Positions 36,781 to 50,816 are shown, numbered from the whole stretch's first letter. The stretch is DNA of 63,514 bases, filler included, from Octopus bimaculoides (GCF_001194135.2; 6 parts of 6 records of this genome joined end to end with filler, not necessarily neighbours in it); one strand, 5' to 3'. Numbers and translations: made by a program. The notes: generated by a model from the sequence alone, not told the origin.

Positions 36781-38934
36781 AACATGCAGATCACAACCCA
36801 TCTAGGATCTTCAACTTTGGAACAACAGACCCTTAAAAAAACGGCAAGAAACCCAGATAGTGGGACATTTTTGTACCAACAAGAATTGAACTCAGTTACC
36901 TAGGTTCTCATATTTCTCTCTTAACTTTTTTTAACTAACCAGCTGTATAGATATAATCACAATTCCTTCATTCCCTTTTACACCCCTTTCAGACACACAC
37001 GCACGCACACACAAACACACACACACACGCACTCTCTCTACCACTGGACAATGATATCAAAGAATACCATGAACTTGTCACAGCAGGAACTGACCAACTG
37101 TAAACTGTAAACAGAATCTTCTTCTCCTCCCTCTTCCCACTGACACACCTTTCAAATACACAGGCACACACACACGCACACAGACACACACGCACACATA
37201 CACACACACACACACACACAAACACAAACGCACCCACACTCTCCTACTAGACAATGACACCAAAGATTCTTTTTGAAAAGCAACTTCTTCAAAACGATCA
37301 CACCTGCNNNNNNNNNNNNNNNNNNNNNNNNNNNNNNNNNNNNNNNNNNNNNNNNNNNNNNNNNNNNNNNNNNNNNNNNNNNNNNNNNNNNNNNNNNNNN
37401 NNNNNNNNNNNNNNNNNNNNNNNNNNNNNNNNNNNNNNNNNNNNNNNNNNNNNNNNNNNNNNNNNNNNNNNNNNNNNNNNNNNNNNNNNNNNNNNNNNNN
37501 NNNNNNNNNNNNNNNNNNNNNNNNNNNNNNNNNNNNNNNNNNNNNNNNNNNNNNNNNNNNNNNNNNNNNNNNNNNNNNNNNNNNNNNNNNNNNNNNNNNN
37601 NNNNNNNNNNNNNNNNNNNNNNNNNNNNNNNNNNNNNNNNNNNNNNNNNNNNNNNNNNNNNNNNNNNNNNNNNNNNNNNNNNNNNNNNNNNNNNNNNNNN
37701 NNNNNNNNNNNNNNNNNNNNNNNNNNNNNNNNNNNNNNNNNNNNNNNNNNNNNNNNNNNNNNNNNNNNNNNNNNNNNNNNNNNNNNNNNNNNNNNNNNNN
37801 NNNNNNNNNNNNNNNNNNNNNNNNNNNNNNNNNNNNNNNNNNNNNNNNNNNNNNNNNNNNNNNNNNNNNNNNNNNNNNNNNNNNNNNNNNNNNNNNNNNN
37901 NNNNNNNNNNNNNNNNNNNNNNNNNNNNNNNNNNNNNNNNNNNNNNNNNNNNNNNNNNNNNNNNNNNNNNNNNNNNNNNNNNNNNNNNNNNNNNNNNNNN
38001 NNNNNNNNNNNNNNNNNNNNNNNNNNNNNNNNNNNNNNNNNNNNNNNNNNNNATATATATATATATATATATACAGACACATATATACACATACATGTAT
38101 GTATGTATGCATGTGTGTGTATGTGTGTCTTTGTGTTTGTGAATCTAACGGTTCGGCAAAGGGAATCCGATGGAATGATAACTAGACTTTAAATTAAAAA
38201 CAAGTACTGGCATCGGTTTGTTCGACTAAGCTCTTTAAAGTTGTCCCCCAGCATGGCCGCAGTCTAATAACTGAAGCAAGTAAAAGATAGTCATAGTCTC
38301 CTTGAAAGGTTCATGGGTATTATTCCTCCTCTTCTAACAAAGCCTTGAAAATAGATTCATTTGAAGCGAAGCAGAAACAGAAACAAACTTAACAAGAAAT
38401 CTGACTTACTGATTTTACAACTATTACCATTCTATATTCAATGAATATGAAAATGAACAAGAACAAATATCCTTAGATAAAATGGACTCAACGAACATTT
38501 TTTACGAGCTAAATTTTATTGTTTTGTTTTACTCGATTTTTCATTCTTTCATATCAATTATTTTTTGCTTGTTGCTTTTTTTTCTGCATCTGATCATAAT
38601 ATTTATTTTGCAATGTGTGCAGGTTTTTGTCTTGTTTTCTGATTATTTTATATTATTGTTGCTCTATGTTGTAATCTAAATATAAGCATTATTTCATATA
38701 TCAGCCATAACTGTTGGAGGATTTCAATGATTTAATATATATGAGTGCAAGCATAATTGTATGGTTAACGTTCGCTTCGCAACCAGATGGTAGCTGAGTA
38801 GCATTTTCGACAAAGATTTCCATTACACCCTCAGACAAACCAATGCCTTGTAGATGAATTTGGTTGTCAAGAACTATGCAAAGGCCCATTCTTCGTTTAA
38901 TCTAGTTAATTCTACGCATATGGCCAAAAACATT

Positions 38935-39495
38935 TTATTCTTAATTAGACAACACTTCCCTGGTGTAGATAAATGCTAAAAGCCTTTTATAATGTGCACA
39001 ATATTCAGGTTAGTTATTCCTGTCTAAGCAACAATGCTTCCGCTATCACACGCTAGAACAGAAAGTGTACATTTTTACAACCTTTTTATCCAGGCCTCTA
39101 TCGAGACTTCCAAAATCAATCTACCTTTCCAATGCAGGGATTTTGACTTACCGAGGCAGTTATTTTTGGAGCGATTTTCACTCCATTTCATATCACTCGA
39201 GGATCTACATTAGATTCACTTTCAAAAATAGATTTACTCAGCGCACATACCTGTTCAGTTTCGCTGACAGAAAATATTCCACCAATTACTGCACACTTCC
39301 GATTTAGCTAGATACTTCAGATAAGGTCTATCCCGGCCTATATAACGTAGAATATTCTCGACAATGCTCGGTATTCAACCAGAGAACAGACATTTGTCTT
39401 TTCTCTGTAAGAGACTACACATATTGCAATAACCCAAAATAGTCGTCAACAAGAAGGAAGAACTTTCATACTGCCACCATCAACAGAACTACTAA
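38935..39495 (+). mobile_element. Degenerate Naiad/Chlamys-type Penelope-like GIY-YIG region
   Basis: Broken frames give IRQHFP, HNIQVSYSCLSNNASAI, PMQG.(C)LTEAVIF, GST..FKNRFTQ, ICLF.. and NKKEEL.YCHH. These follow the KVSYSC / CPL.G.CL / FK.R / C.LCL.EK / NKR.EL..C.H pattern. Confidence 0.65.
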
Positions 39496-39829
39496 TATTT
39501 ATTAACAATAGCAATATTTCATAATTTTTCTGACACTTTTAATTCCACTAACATTTCTAAGATCAACAGACACTCTTCTTATTATTGCACCAGCGTTGCT
39601 TACAATTCAGCAACTGTCACTACAAAATCTAATAGTCGTCAGTACAAAATCTAATAGTCGTCTTATTCGCTCAGGTGACCCGAACAAGAACAATCCGATT
39701 TACGTAGGCTCTATAGTAGCTTCACTTCTTAGCAACATTGCATTCTAGTATGCATTTTACCTTCGAAAAACTGTATATAATGTAGATATAAGTCACAAAC
39801 CGTTGATACAAATGCATGTGTGTGCGTGT

Positions 39830-40735
39830 GTGGTCCCGTTCCTTCAAAATTACTGGCCTTGTGTCATAATTCGAAAGATTTCTTATTATTACTATTTTGG
39901 TTAAGGCTTGAGTTTGACAAAACCATTAGAGCGTCGGAAAAATGTTTATCGGCATTTCTTCCGGCGCTTTATATTCTTATCAGGGTCAACTTAGATTTTC
40001 ATCACTCTGGGGTAGAGAAAATAAAGTGCCAGTCAAGTACAGATGTTAATGATATTGACTAACCTTTCCTCCTATAAAATTGCTGACCTGGTGACTAAAA
40101 CAGAAATCATTATTAAAGGCAGTGAGCTGGCATAATCGTTAGAGCATCGGTCAAAAGGCGTAGCTGGACTTCTTCCGTCCCTTGATGTTCTGAATTTAAT
40201 GCTACCGAGGTTAAATTTTGCATTTCATCCTTTTGTGATCGATAAAGTTAGTCTATATTTTCGACTTATTCCATCCCCCAAAATAGCAGGCCTTGTGATT
40301 ATTTAAAACAGCGAGCTGGCAGGATCGTTAGTGCGTCGGACAAAGTGTTAGGTGGTATTTCTTCCGACGCTTTCCGTTCTAATTTCAAACCACGCCGAGG
40401 CCGACTTTGTCTTCCACTCCTACAGAGAAAATAAATTGAGCATCAATTGAGACTGAGGTTGGTGTAACCGACTAGTTCTCTCCCATAAAATTTTAGGCCT
40501 TCTGCCAATCGTAGAAGTTATTAAGTGGCGAGCTAGCAGAATCGTTATCGCTTTGGACAAAATGCTTTACAGCATTCTTGCGTTCCGAGTTCAAATCCAC
40601 CGAAGTTAACTTTGATTGTCATCATCCCAAGGTCGATAAAGTTCGTAACAGTCAAGTACTAGGATCGATGGAATCGACTTGCTCCGCCCCTCAAAAACTT
40701 CTGGCCTTGTGCCAAAAATTAGACAGAACTATTAT
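39830..40735 (+). mobile_element. Head-to-tail chain of four family-B SINEs plus a preceding tail fragment
   Basis: Units start near 39890, 40117, 40308 and 40523. Each ends GGCCTT.TG...ATTATT (unit 1 more diverged) and the next head follows directly. Confidence 0.75.
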
Positions 40736-41844
40736 TATAATCAATTATGTTGAACGTAGTTGAGCAACAGAATTGGTAGTGTTGCGGTTAACTTTTTACG
40801 GCTTAAAATTTAGAAGACTTTGCGCGTCTCTAATGTTGGATATTTTAAACTTTGCATTAAAATCCAGCGACAGTTGATTTTGAATTTCTCCTGCCTTTCT
40901 TACTCAGTTGCTCAACTTGCTATAAATTGTAGATCAATGTTCATCGTAACGCATCTTGTCTTCCAAACCCCAAATAGCTGTCAAATAAAAACTGGCGATG
41001 CGATAATCGACTGTATCCTCCCGAAATTCTATGGATTTTATGCCTCTGTTAGAAACCATTACACTGTGTAACATGATTTTTCTCGTTGAGAACCAACTGT
41101 TATTTCTTATTTCCCTATCACTGAAAAGTATGAAAAACGGTTTTTGTTAGATTTACTGAAACCCCAAAGAATCCCACTCAACACATGGCTATAATGCTCC
41201 CCTACTACTCCTTCTTGTGATCAGAGATGCACATATTGCCAGCCACTGAGGGATATGCTCAAGTGGCTATGTTCTAGTAAGTGACATGCAAATCTGTGGC
41301 ATTCAGCAGAATATTTACCGTAACGATATTTCTGCTTCGGCAACTGTCTAAAATGGAATGTAAAATAAGTCAGTTTCAAAATATTGATGTCCAGCTCATA
41401 AAAGTAAAGTTTGAAGGGAATAGCAATCACTTCTTTTGATTTATAGACAGAAGCAAATAAGATATAACACTTACTGGCCAAAGTCAGAAAAAAACATTTT
41501 AATTTTGTTACACAGTGTTGTTATTGTTTTAGTTTGTATTTCGCTGATATTGAAGTTTGAAGATAATGGAAGTGATTACGAAGATGCTCTTTTAGTTTGT
41601 TTTCCTTTTTGCAGGTTTAGGAACTATAAAACATCCAATGTACACGTCATTTTACAACTGTGTCCATCACGCATCGTTTTGTTTTGTTTTTTGTTTTTTT
41701 TTTCCTGCATTTGTTTAGACTGTACCATCAAACTTGGTCTTTCATTTTTCTACTGGAAGATTTATTTAGGGAGATTCAGTTGCTATCTCTAGCAGATCCT
41801 TCTCCTCTATAGAAGTTCCGATTCTTCGTTGCCTTAAGATAATT

Positions 41845-41925
41845 ATGATGGATGATAAGGAGGAGGAGGATATTGTGATGCAGGCGGGCGTGGTACTGTG
41901 GGGTGAAGTAGTAGTAGTAGTGGTG

Positions 41926-41970
<45 letters not shown>

Positions 41971-42640
41971 ATGGTGGTGGTGTTAGCAGGGGTGATGATG
42001 CTGATGATTGTGGTTGTGGATGTGATAGTGATGGTGGTGTTTGTGGATGTGGTAGTAGTGATGGCGATGATAATGGCGGTGCGGTGGGGTGGCAGTGATG
42101 ATGATGTTAATGATGATGGTGTGGTGGTAGTGGTGGTGGNNNNNNNNNNNNNNNNNNNNNNNNNNNNNNNNNNNNNNNNNNNNTTAATTAATTAANNNNN
42201 NNNNNNNNNNNNNNNNNNNNNNNNNNNNNNNNNNNNNNNCACCACCACCATAATCACCTCCACCACCATGGCTACAACCACCACCACTACCACCACCAAA
42301 ATCACCTCCACCACAACCACCACCACCACCATTGTCACCATCAACAATATTTACACCAACCCAACCCAACACCACTGCCACTACCATCAACGTCTCCGCC
42401 GCTTCCACCATCACCACCATCAGCACCACCGATACTACCCCCACCACCACCGCAACCATAACCATTACCACCACTACTACTACCACCAACATCAATGCCA
42501 TCACCACAGCTCTCACCACCACCGCTCTCACTACCACCACCACCTCCACTACAACCACCACCAACACCACCACCAACACCACCACCCCTGCCACCACTGT
42601 CATCATCATCATCATGATCATTATCATCGTCATTACCTTT
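41845..42640. repeat. Compound (GGT/GTA/GAT)n and (ACC/ATC)n low-complexity tracts on either side of a synthetic linker
   Basis: Read directly from the sequence; source of the poly-V/T/H ORFs. Confidence 0.85.
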
Positions 42641-43019
42641 TCTAATCGTTAATTAGACACCATTCTACTGTAGAATTTGTTAAAGACCTCCTAATTCTCA
42701 CACAAATTCTAGAATGCCTCTGTATTCATGACATGTACACACACACACGCACACACACGCACACACACGCACGCGCTAATAAACCGAGGATAAACACATG
42801 CACGCGCGGGCATCCATTCACAAACGCACGCACACACGCACGCACGTATATATATATATATATATATATATGTTCAGACGCAAATACATACACACATACA
42901 CGCGTACACACGCACATACAGAAGATATTAGCGTAGGCATACATGAACGTCCACGTATGCACGTACGTATGTGCACACGTACATACGTACATACCCACAT
43001 ACACACATTTACATACATT

Positions 43020-43064
<45 letters not shown>

Positions 43065-43390
43065 NNNNNNNNNNNNNNNNNNNNNNNNNNNNNNNNNNNN
43101 NNNNNNNNNNNNNNNNNNNNNNNNNNNNNNNNNNNNNNNNNNNNNNNNNNNNNNNNNNNNNNNNNNNNNNNNNNNNNNNNNNNNNNNNNNNNNNNNNNNN
43201 NNNNNNNNNNNNNNNNNNNNNNNNNNNNNNNNNNNNNNNNNNNNNNNNNNNNNNNNNNNNNNNNNNNNNNNNNNNNNNNNNNNNNATATACATACATATA
43301 CATATATATATATATATGTATGTATGCATATGTATGAACGCATGTATGTCCGTGTGCACATACGAACGAGCATACGTGGACGTTAACTAC

Positions 43391-43422
<32 letters not shown>

Positions 43423-43874
43423 GTATATATATATATATAGCTATGCATATACAAATATATATGTGTGTTTGTGTGTGTGTATGTGCCTGAGCGTGTAGGT
43501 GCGTACGTATGCCTGAATAGCTATGTGTATATGTGTATATGTTACACCCAATACAAAAAAGCAAAAAACGAGTTACACAAAAAGTTGATAAATCAGAAAC
43601 AAGTCATGAAGCAGACACGAACCAAACAGGTACTGTGTGCACGGCCGTAATAAATACACATTAATTACGGGTAAGAGGGTGTGAGCGTGTACACAGTGAT
43701 AAATAAATAAATAGACAGATAAATACATATATACATACATGATTATATAAATATATACATATATATATATATTTGTTTGTGTGTGTCTGTGTGCATTTGT
43801 TTGCTTGGTGTCTCCACCATTTTATTTTTTACGCATTATTATTATTATTATTACTACTATTATTATTGTTGTTG

Positions 43875-44440
43875 TTATTATGGAGTTGGAAAGCAGTGCA
43901 TGCCATCAAAGCAAAGTGAGGCTTGGGTTAAATATACGAAGCCCACTATACCCGTCATGACTATCCGGCTGATATGGGTACACCAGGCACATGCATCACA
44001 ACCATATGTGCGCGACATGATGATCTCATATCAAAATAAACAGCGCATGACCTTGCAGGTGGGGGCCCACTTAGAATTTTCTTCAGGTTGAGTAGCCCAT
44101 CCTGCTCAAATAGTCCCTGAATAAGGGTTGTTTAAGGATGTTGAGCAAAACACCCATGTTTCCAAAGGTGAATTATTCAAACCCCAAAGAATTCCTCTCA
44201 ACACATGACTATGATGCTCCCCCACTACTTCTGCTCGTGATCAGAGATGCACATATCGTCAGCCACCAAGGGACATGCTCAACCGGTTAAGGTCAAACAA
44301 CTGACAAGCAAATCTGTGGTATTGAGCAGAATATTTACTGTGGTCCATCATTTATACCAAGACAAAACAATGTGCATGATTACACTTCCAATCAGTTGAA
44401 ATCAGAAGCCATGAGAGCCAGTGCCTGGCATTGCATCAGA
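43875..44440 (-). mobile_element. Unclassified ~560-bp retroposon-like repeat with (AAT)n tail
   Basis: Copies at 2815-3260, 41160-41320 and 52855-52950 (+). An (ATT)n tract at ~43835-43880 lies at its inferred 3' end. Confidence 0.7.
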
Positions 44441-44444
44441 GTAT

Positions 44445-44494
<50 letters not shown>

Positions 44495-44500
44495 TATTAC

Positions 44501-44545
<45 letters not shown>

Positions 44546-45269
44546 CATCATCATCATCATCATTATTAGACNNNNNNNNNNNNNNNNNNNNNNNNNNNNN
44601 NNNNNNNNNNNNNNNNNNNNNNNNNNNNNNNNNNNNNNNNNNNNNNNNNNNNNNNNNNNNNNNNNNNNNNNNNNNNNNNNNNNNNNNNNNNNNNNNNNNN
44701 NNNNNNNNNNNNNNNNNNNNNNNNNNNNNNNNNNNNNNNNNNNNNNNNNNNNNNNNNNNNNNNNNNNNNNNNNNNNNNNNNNNNNNNNNNNNNNNNNNNN
44801 NNNNNNNNNNNNNNNNNNNNNNNNNNNNNNNNNNNNNNNNNNNNNNNNNNNNNNNNNNNNNNNNNNNNNNNNNNNNNNNNNNNNNNNNNNNNNNNNNNNN
44901 NNNNNNNNNNNNNNNNNNNNNNNNNNNNNNNNNNNNNNNNNNNNNNNNNNNNNNNNNNNNNNNNNNNNNNNNNNNNNNNNNNNNNNNNNNNNNNNNNNNN
45001 NNNNNNNNNNNNNNNNNNNNNNNNNNNNNNNNNNNNNNNNNNNNNNNNNNNNNNNNNNNNNNNNNNNNNNNNNNNNNNNNNNNNNNNNNNNNNNNNNNNN
45101 NNNNNNNNNNNNNNNNNNNNNNNNNNNNNNNNNNNNNNNNNNNNNNNNNNNNNNNNNNNNNNNNNNNNNNNNNNNNCTTCTTCTTCTTCTTCTTCTTCTT
45201 CTTCTTCTTCTTCTTCTTCTTCTTCTTCTTCTTCTTCTTCTTCTTCTTCTCCTTCTTCTCATGATCATG

Positions 45270-45332
<63 letters not shown>

Positions 45333-45334
<2 letters not shown>

Positions 45335-45545
45335 GGCGACAAAAAGTGCTGAGCTGGTAGAATCGTTAGCGTGTCGGGTGAAATGCTTGGCGGAATTTCA
45401 TGCGTCTTCAATCTTCTGACTTCAAATATGCCTGCGGTCGACGCTGCCTTTTATCCTTCCAGGATCGATGAAGTAAGTACCAGTTGAGCACTGAGATCGA
45501 TGAAATCAACTTACATCCTTCCCACGAAATTTCAGTTCTGGTGCT
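45333..45545 (+). mobile_element. Family-B tRNA SINE inserted after an (ATT)n tract
   Basis: GCTGAGCTGGTAGAATCGTTAGC...GCCTTTTATCCTTCCAGGATCGATGAAGTAAGTACCAG. Confidence 0.7.
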
Positions 45546-45964
45546 GAAAGGATATTCTCACAAAGTTCAACATTCTTATCATCAGGCGCCTTCATTGATC
45601 GCGTACTTATTTGACCTTTGATTATATAAAACAAAAAATATCTACCTAAATGTTATATCTTGGTTTATCGAGATTCGACTTTTGTCATTGGTGTTATTGT
45701 TTGTTTGTCTTTTTGTTTTGTTTTGCTAATTCTTATTGTCTATTCCTTTCGTGCGTTTGTATCTGATGCTATTTTCCACTGGAAGTTCACTGGAAAATGG
45801 AAAAGGAAACGCTTTTGTTATTAGAAACATATAAGATATACGCATATATAGCTTCCGGTTAACCAACGACACATCGGTGGAATCGGTTTATGCAACTGCA
45901 AAATGCATTACATGCGGACACACGGTATGCGTGCATGTATGCATAAATTACATATATCTGTATA

Positions 45965-46011
<47 letters not shown>

Positions 46012-47102
46012 CGATATGTAATTGTATGACCCAAGGATTCAAGTGCAGGAAGTTTGCACACATCAAGTTTGGACATACACAAATATATACATATNNNNNN
46101 NNNNNNNNNNNNNNNNNNNNNNNNNNNNNNNNNNNNNNNNNNNNNNNNNNNNNNNNNNNNNNNNNNNNNNNNNNNNNNNNNNNNNNNNNNNNNNNNNNNN
46201 NNNNNNNNNNNNNNNNNNNNNNNNNNNNNNNNNNNNNNNNNNNNNNNNNNNNNNNNNNNNNNNNNNNNNNNNNNNNNNNNNNNNNNNNNNNNNNNNNNNN
46301 NNNNNNNNNNNNNNNNNNNNNNNNNNNNNNNNNNNNNNNTATATATATATATATTCTTTTACTTGTTTCAGTCATTTGACTGCGGCCATGCTGGAGCACC
46401 GCCTTTAGTCGAGCAAATCGAACAGTGAAAATATGCAAGACTTTTTTTCACAGGTTTAAAATGTGTTATTGCTTTCGTTATCAACATTCCAAAGATGGAG
46501 CTTTGTATCTTTATTAGAAACTAGCTCCTTCCTCGGAGGAAGAATTTAAACGATTAAAGACAGAAGAGACATACATATATACATACATACATACGTCAAC
46601 ATACACACACACATACACACACACATGAACATGCACATATACCTATATACCTATATACCTATATATATATATTCATATATTCATATAAATAAGTATACAT
46701 GCAGGTATACAGACACATATATACACATAATGTGCATATTTAACATGTAGAACCTTCCGATGCTCCAATGGCTCATTATTTTTTCATCCATACGCACAAA
46801 CGATGGCGCTTTGTATCTTTGTTAGAAACCAGCTCCTTCTTCAGAAGAATTGAAATGATTAAACGCAGAAGAACAACATATATTCATGCATAGCACTTGT
46901 TTATACCTCACAATTTAATGAATATGATCTTCACAGATTTAAGTATGACAAGACTAATTAGGAAATTCGAATTTGCCATAACTGAAAATGTAAAGTATGA
47001 AAAATAAGTATGGCAGATGTGTAGCCTTCAGGATGGAGACACTTAGCGAAATCCAGCAATCCATACATACATACATATATATATATACATACACACACCG
47101 CA

Positions 47103-47144
<42 letters not shown>

Positions 47145-47257
47145 ACACACACATATACATAAATACGTACGTACATACATACAAACATTCATATACATGC
47201 ATACATGTTACTAATGCATTCTTATTGCACTTGCACTGAGTTGTGTCGGTGAATAGA

Positions 47258-47628
47258 CCACGGTACTTCGTCGGTTACGACGACGAGGGTTCCAGTTGAT
47301 CCAATCAAAGGAATAGCCTGCTCGTTAAATTAACGTGCAGGTGGGTGAGTACACCACAGACACGTAGTTCTCGGGGAGATGCAGCGTAACAGGGAGTGTG
47401 ACAAGGCTAGCCACTTGTAATACAGGTACAACAGAAACAGGAAGAAAGAGTGAGAGAAAGTTGTGGTGAAAAAGTACAGCAGGGTTCCCCACCACCCCTT
47501 GCTGAAGCCTCGTAGAACTTTAGGTGTTTTCGCCCAATAAACACTCACAACGCCCGGTCTGGGAATCGAAACCGCGATCCTATGACCACGAGTCCGCTGC
47601 TCTAACCACTGGGCCATTGTGCCCCTCC
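47258..47628 (-). mobile_element. OR1-like tRNA(Arg)-derived SINE
   Basis: Colinear match to 21790-22492. Confidence 0.8.
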
Positions 47629-47979
47629 CCACACACTTATATATGTCTGATACATATACGTTCATGCATACAGATTACTCCATGCATACATACATACATA
47701 TTTATAAACATGTATGCGTACATATATATACGAGCATGCATACATACAAGTATATACGCATACATCCATAGCACTTGTCTATGGCTCAGAGCCAATGCTG
47801 AGCAGATGGTCTTCAACACGCGAAGAAGAAGAAGAACAGAGCTAATTAGAAGATCGCAACTGCAAAGCCGTTCATTGGACAATAAACAGCAGAGAAAAAA
47901 TATACATTTCAAAAGCATAACAATATGGACGAATAACACTCGCGAGCACATAAGATGCTCTTGTATTCTGTTTTACTCT

Positions 47980-48177
47980 TGTATTTGCTTCAGTTATTTG
48001 ACTGCGGCCATGCTGGAGCACAACCTTTTAGTCGAGCAAATCGACCCCAGGACTTATTCTTTATAAGCCTAGTACTTATTCTATCGGTCTCTTTTGCCGA
48101 CCCGCTAAGTTACGGGGACGTAAGCACACCAGCATCGGTTGTCAAGCGATGGTGAGGGGACAAGCACAGACACACAA

Positions 48178-48222
<45 letters not shown>

Positions 48223-48617
48223 CGACGGACTTCTTTCAATTTCCTTCTACCAAATCCACTCACAAGGCTTTGGTGTGGTAGAAGACACCGACCTCGGTGG
48301 AATTTGAACTCAGAACGTAAAGACAGACGAAATACCGCTAAGCATTTCGCCCGGCGTGATAACGATTCTGCCAGCTCTCCGCCTTACGTCTTGCATAATA
48401 TTCTTTTCTACTCTAGGCACAAGGCCCGAAATTTTGGGGGAGGGGACCAGTCGATTAGATCGACCCCAGTGCGCAACTGGTACTTAATTTATCGACTCCG
48501 AAAGGATGAACTGTAAAGTCAACCTCGGTGGAATTTGAACTCAGAACGTAAAGACGGACGAAATGCCGCCAAGCATTTCTCCCAGCGTTCTAACGACTCT
48601 GCCAGCTCGCCGCCTTT
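47980..48617 (-). mobile_element. SINE cluster: OR2-like copy (47980-48290) fused to two family-B SINEs (48290-48617)
   Basis: Reverse-complement matches to both families; the junction is at ~48290. Confidence 0.75.
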
Positions 48618-49984
48618 GGATACAATGTTATCGGGATACTGCTTAGCAAGGTGATGGGTGTCATGTTATAACAAGATCGATTTGAACTGTTCTTTTATTC
48701 TTTCACTTGATTTTTCAGTCAAATTCACACACTTATTGCAGCGCTCCTTCAGTTTTTCTAATCTCTAAGCAAAAGAACTCGGAAGATTGGGCCTCCGACA
48801 AAGTCTTTCGCGATACCCTTAAAGCCAGGAATCTTTCAGCACCGCTTCGAATATGTGTGTAGGGGACGTGTATATATCTATATACACACATTTTTGTATA
48901 CATCTGTTTGTATGTATGCATATATTAATATGTAAATATTTGCATATATATACGTGTGTGTGTTTGTGTTTGTGTGTAAACACGTGTGTGAGTGTATGTG
49001 GCCACACAGACCTGCACACGCATACACGCTCACACACATACGCACACACATAAACACCTACTCGTATATGCGTTCTGTTCTCGTCTGGCATTAAGCTCTA
49101 CCAAGATATATCATCTGTTTATCTCGGTAGACTTAGCGAAAGCCAAAAATAAATGTTATGTCATGTTTATTAATCCGTTTAGTCTCTTTACCTGAAGATG
49201 TAGTCTAATGCCTCCTGTTGCTCCAGCGTTTTATTGAATCATGTTATCTACCACAGAGATAGAAGAGATAACTTTTAATAAGATAATAAAATATCGTCAG
49301 CAGTAATATTAGCGATAAAAGTTTCTGGTGCAAGTGCTGAAAATTTAGATAAACGGATCCTGAACATACGCTCTTTCAAACTTCTTTTTGAGCAACATGT
49401 TTTTAAAGCTACCTTAATTTGAACACTTCTAAATGCATGTTTCACCATGCTCAATATTTGAGCCACTTTTGTGCTCAGTTTTCGTAGATGATTTGGTCAA
49501 AGTCCGAGAAAATTACCTGATTACTTTGGTTGGTGACTTTACATTTGTTGCGCCAATAAGATCGAAAGGTACCTAAAAAGTGATATAGCAAGAATTACTT
49601 CCCCTTCCTTCTGCCAACATAATTAATTCCATAACTCACCGATTCGTAGTAAGAAACCGAATCGTTAGAAACCAATACTATCGTTCTCTTCATTTCGCAG
49701 ATATCTCGCCGTGCGTTTCACCTCAAGGTATATAGTGGAATTATAACAACGGAAAAACACGTTGATTATAAGAATGGAGTGTAATTAATTAACGGAGAAT
49801 GTTTAATAAGCATAATCTTACTTTAAGATGGAAACATAAAAAAAAAGAGAAAAAGAAAGATTATAAAAATTTTATTACTCTAATGAAAAGTATGTCTTTG
49901 ACTCGTTAGAATGTAACTTAGTTTCTTATGTGAGAAAAGAAAATTCTCACTGACAGATATCGTGAATAACAAATATCTAACTGA

Positions 49985-50183
49985 AACAAGGCCAGTAAAT
50001 TAATGGGGAGGGGACCTGTCAATTACATAGACCCCAGTGCTCAACTGGGACTTATTTCATCGTCCCCGAAAGGATGAAAAGCAAAGTCAGCCTCGGCAGA
50101 ATTTGAACTCAGAACTTAAAGACGGATGAAATGCCACTAAGCATTTTGTCCAGCGTGCTAACGGTTCTTCCAGCTCTCCGCCT
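49985..50183 (-). mobile_element. Family-B tRNA SINE
   Basis: CCCCGAAAGGATGAAAAGCAAAGTCAGCCTCGGCAGAATTTGAACTCAGAAC...CAGCTCTCCGCC. Confidence 0.75.
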
Positions 50184-50476
50184 TCATCTGCGTGAAATGA
50201 GAAATGCTTGCACATGCACAAAACCAGAATTTTAGCGGTAGAGAATGCATTCAATTAAATTAACACCAATAATTTACTGGTACCTATTTTTTTTTTATAG
50301 ATGATGGAAGGATGAAAGACAAAGCGAGAAGGCACGAATCAAAGGCAACAGAAGTAAAGAAACACCTTCGAGAAATCTGACGACGATCAATTTTGGTAAA
50401 GTAAACCCGTTTAAGTGTAAGGACAAGCCATTCGTTACAGTGGAAGGAAGTAGATACTGAAGGGAGATGGAACGCT

Positions 50477-50534
<58 letters not shown>

Positions 50535-50667
50535 CGACGACGATGATGATTATGATGATGACGACGACGATAATGATAATAATGATGATGGTGATGATGA
50601 TGATGACAGTGACAATGATAATGATATGGATGAAGGTGATGATGATGATGATGATGATGATGATGAC

Positions 50668-50699
<32 letters not shown>

Positions 50700-50728
50700 C
50701 GACGATGATGTTGATAATGATGTTGATA

Positions 50729-50759
<31 letters not shown>

Positions 50760-50785
50760 CGATGATGATGATGACGATGATGATG

Positions 50786-50816
<31 letters not shown>

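Noticed and set aside
39660-39715. Degenerate hammerhead in the Naiad-like 3' flank
   Set aside because: Neither CUGANGA nor GAAA is intact, so it is too degenerate to support.
42268-42652. Mucin-like Thr/His-rich protein
   Set aside because: Compound (ACC/ATC)n microsatellite next to a synthetic join, open in several frames, with no splice or signal context.
49170-49470. Host exon on the minus strand (acceptor ~49232, donor ~49175; ORF 49275-49466)
   Set aside because: The 57-nt candidate exon has stops in all three frames, and the ORF resembles no protein family I recognise.
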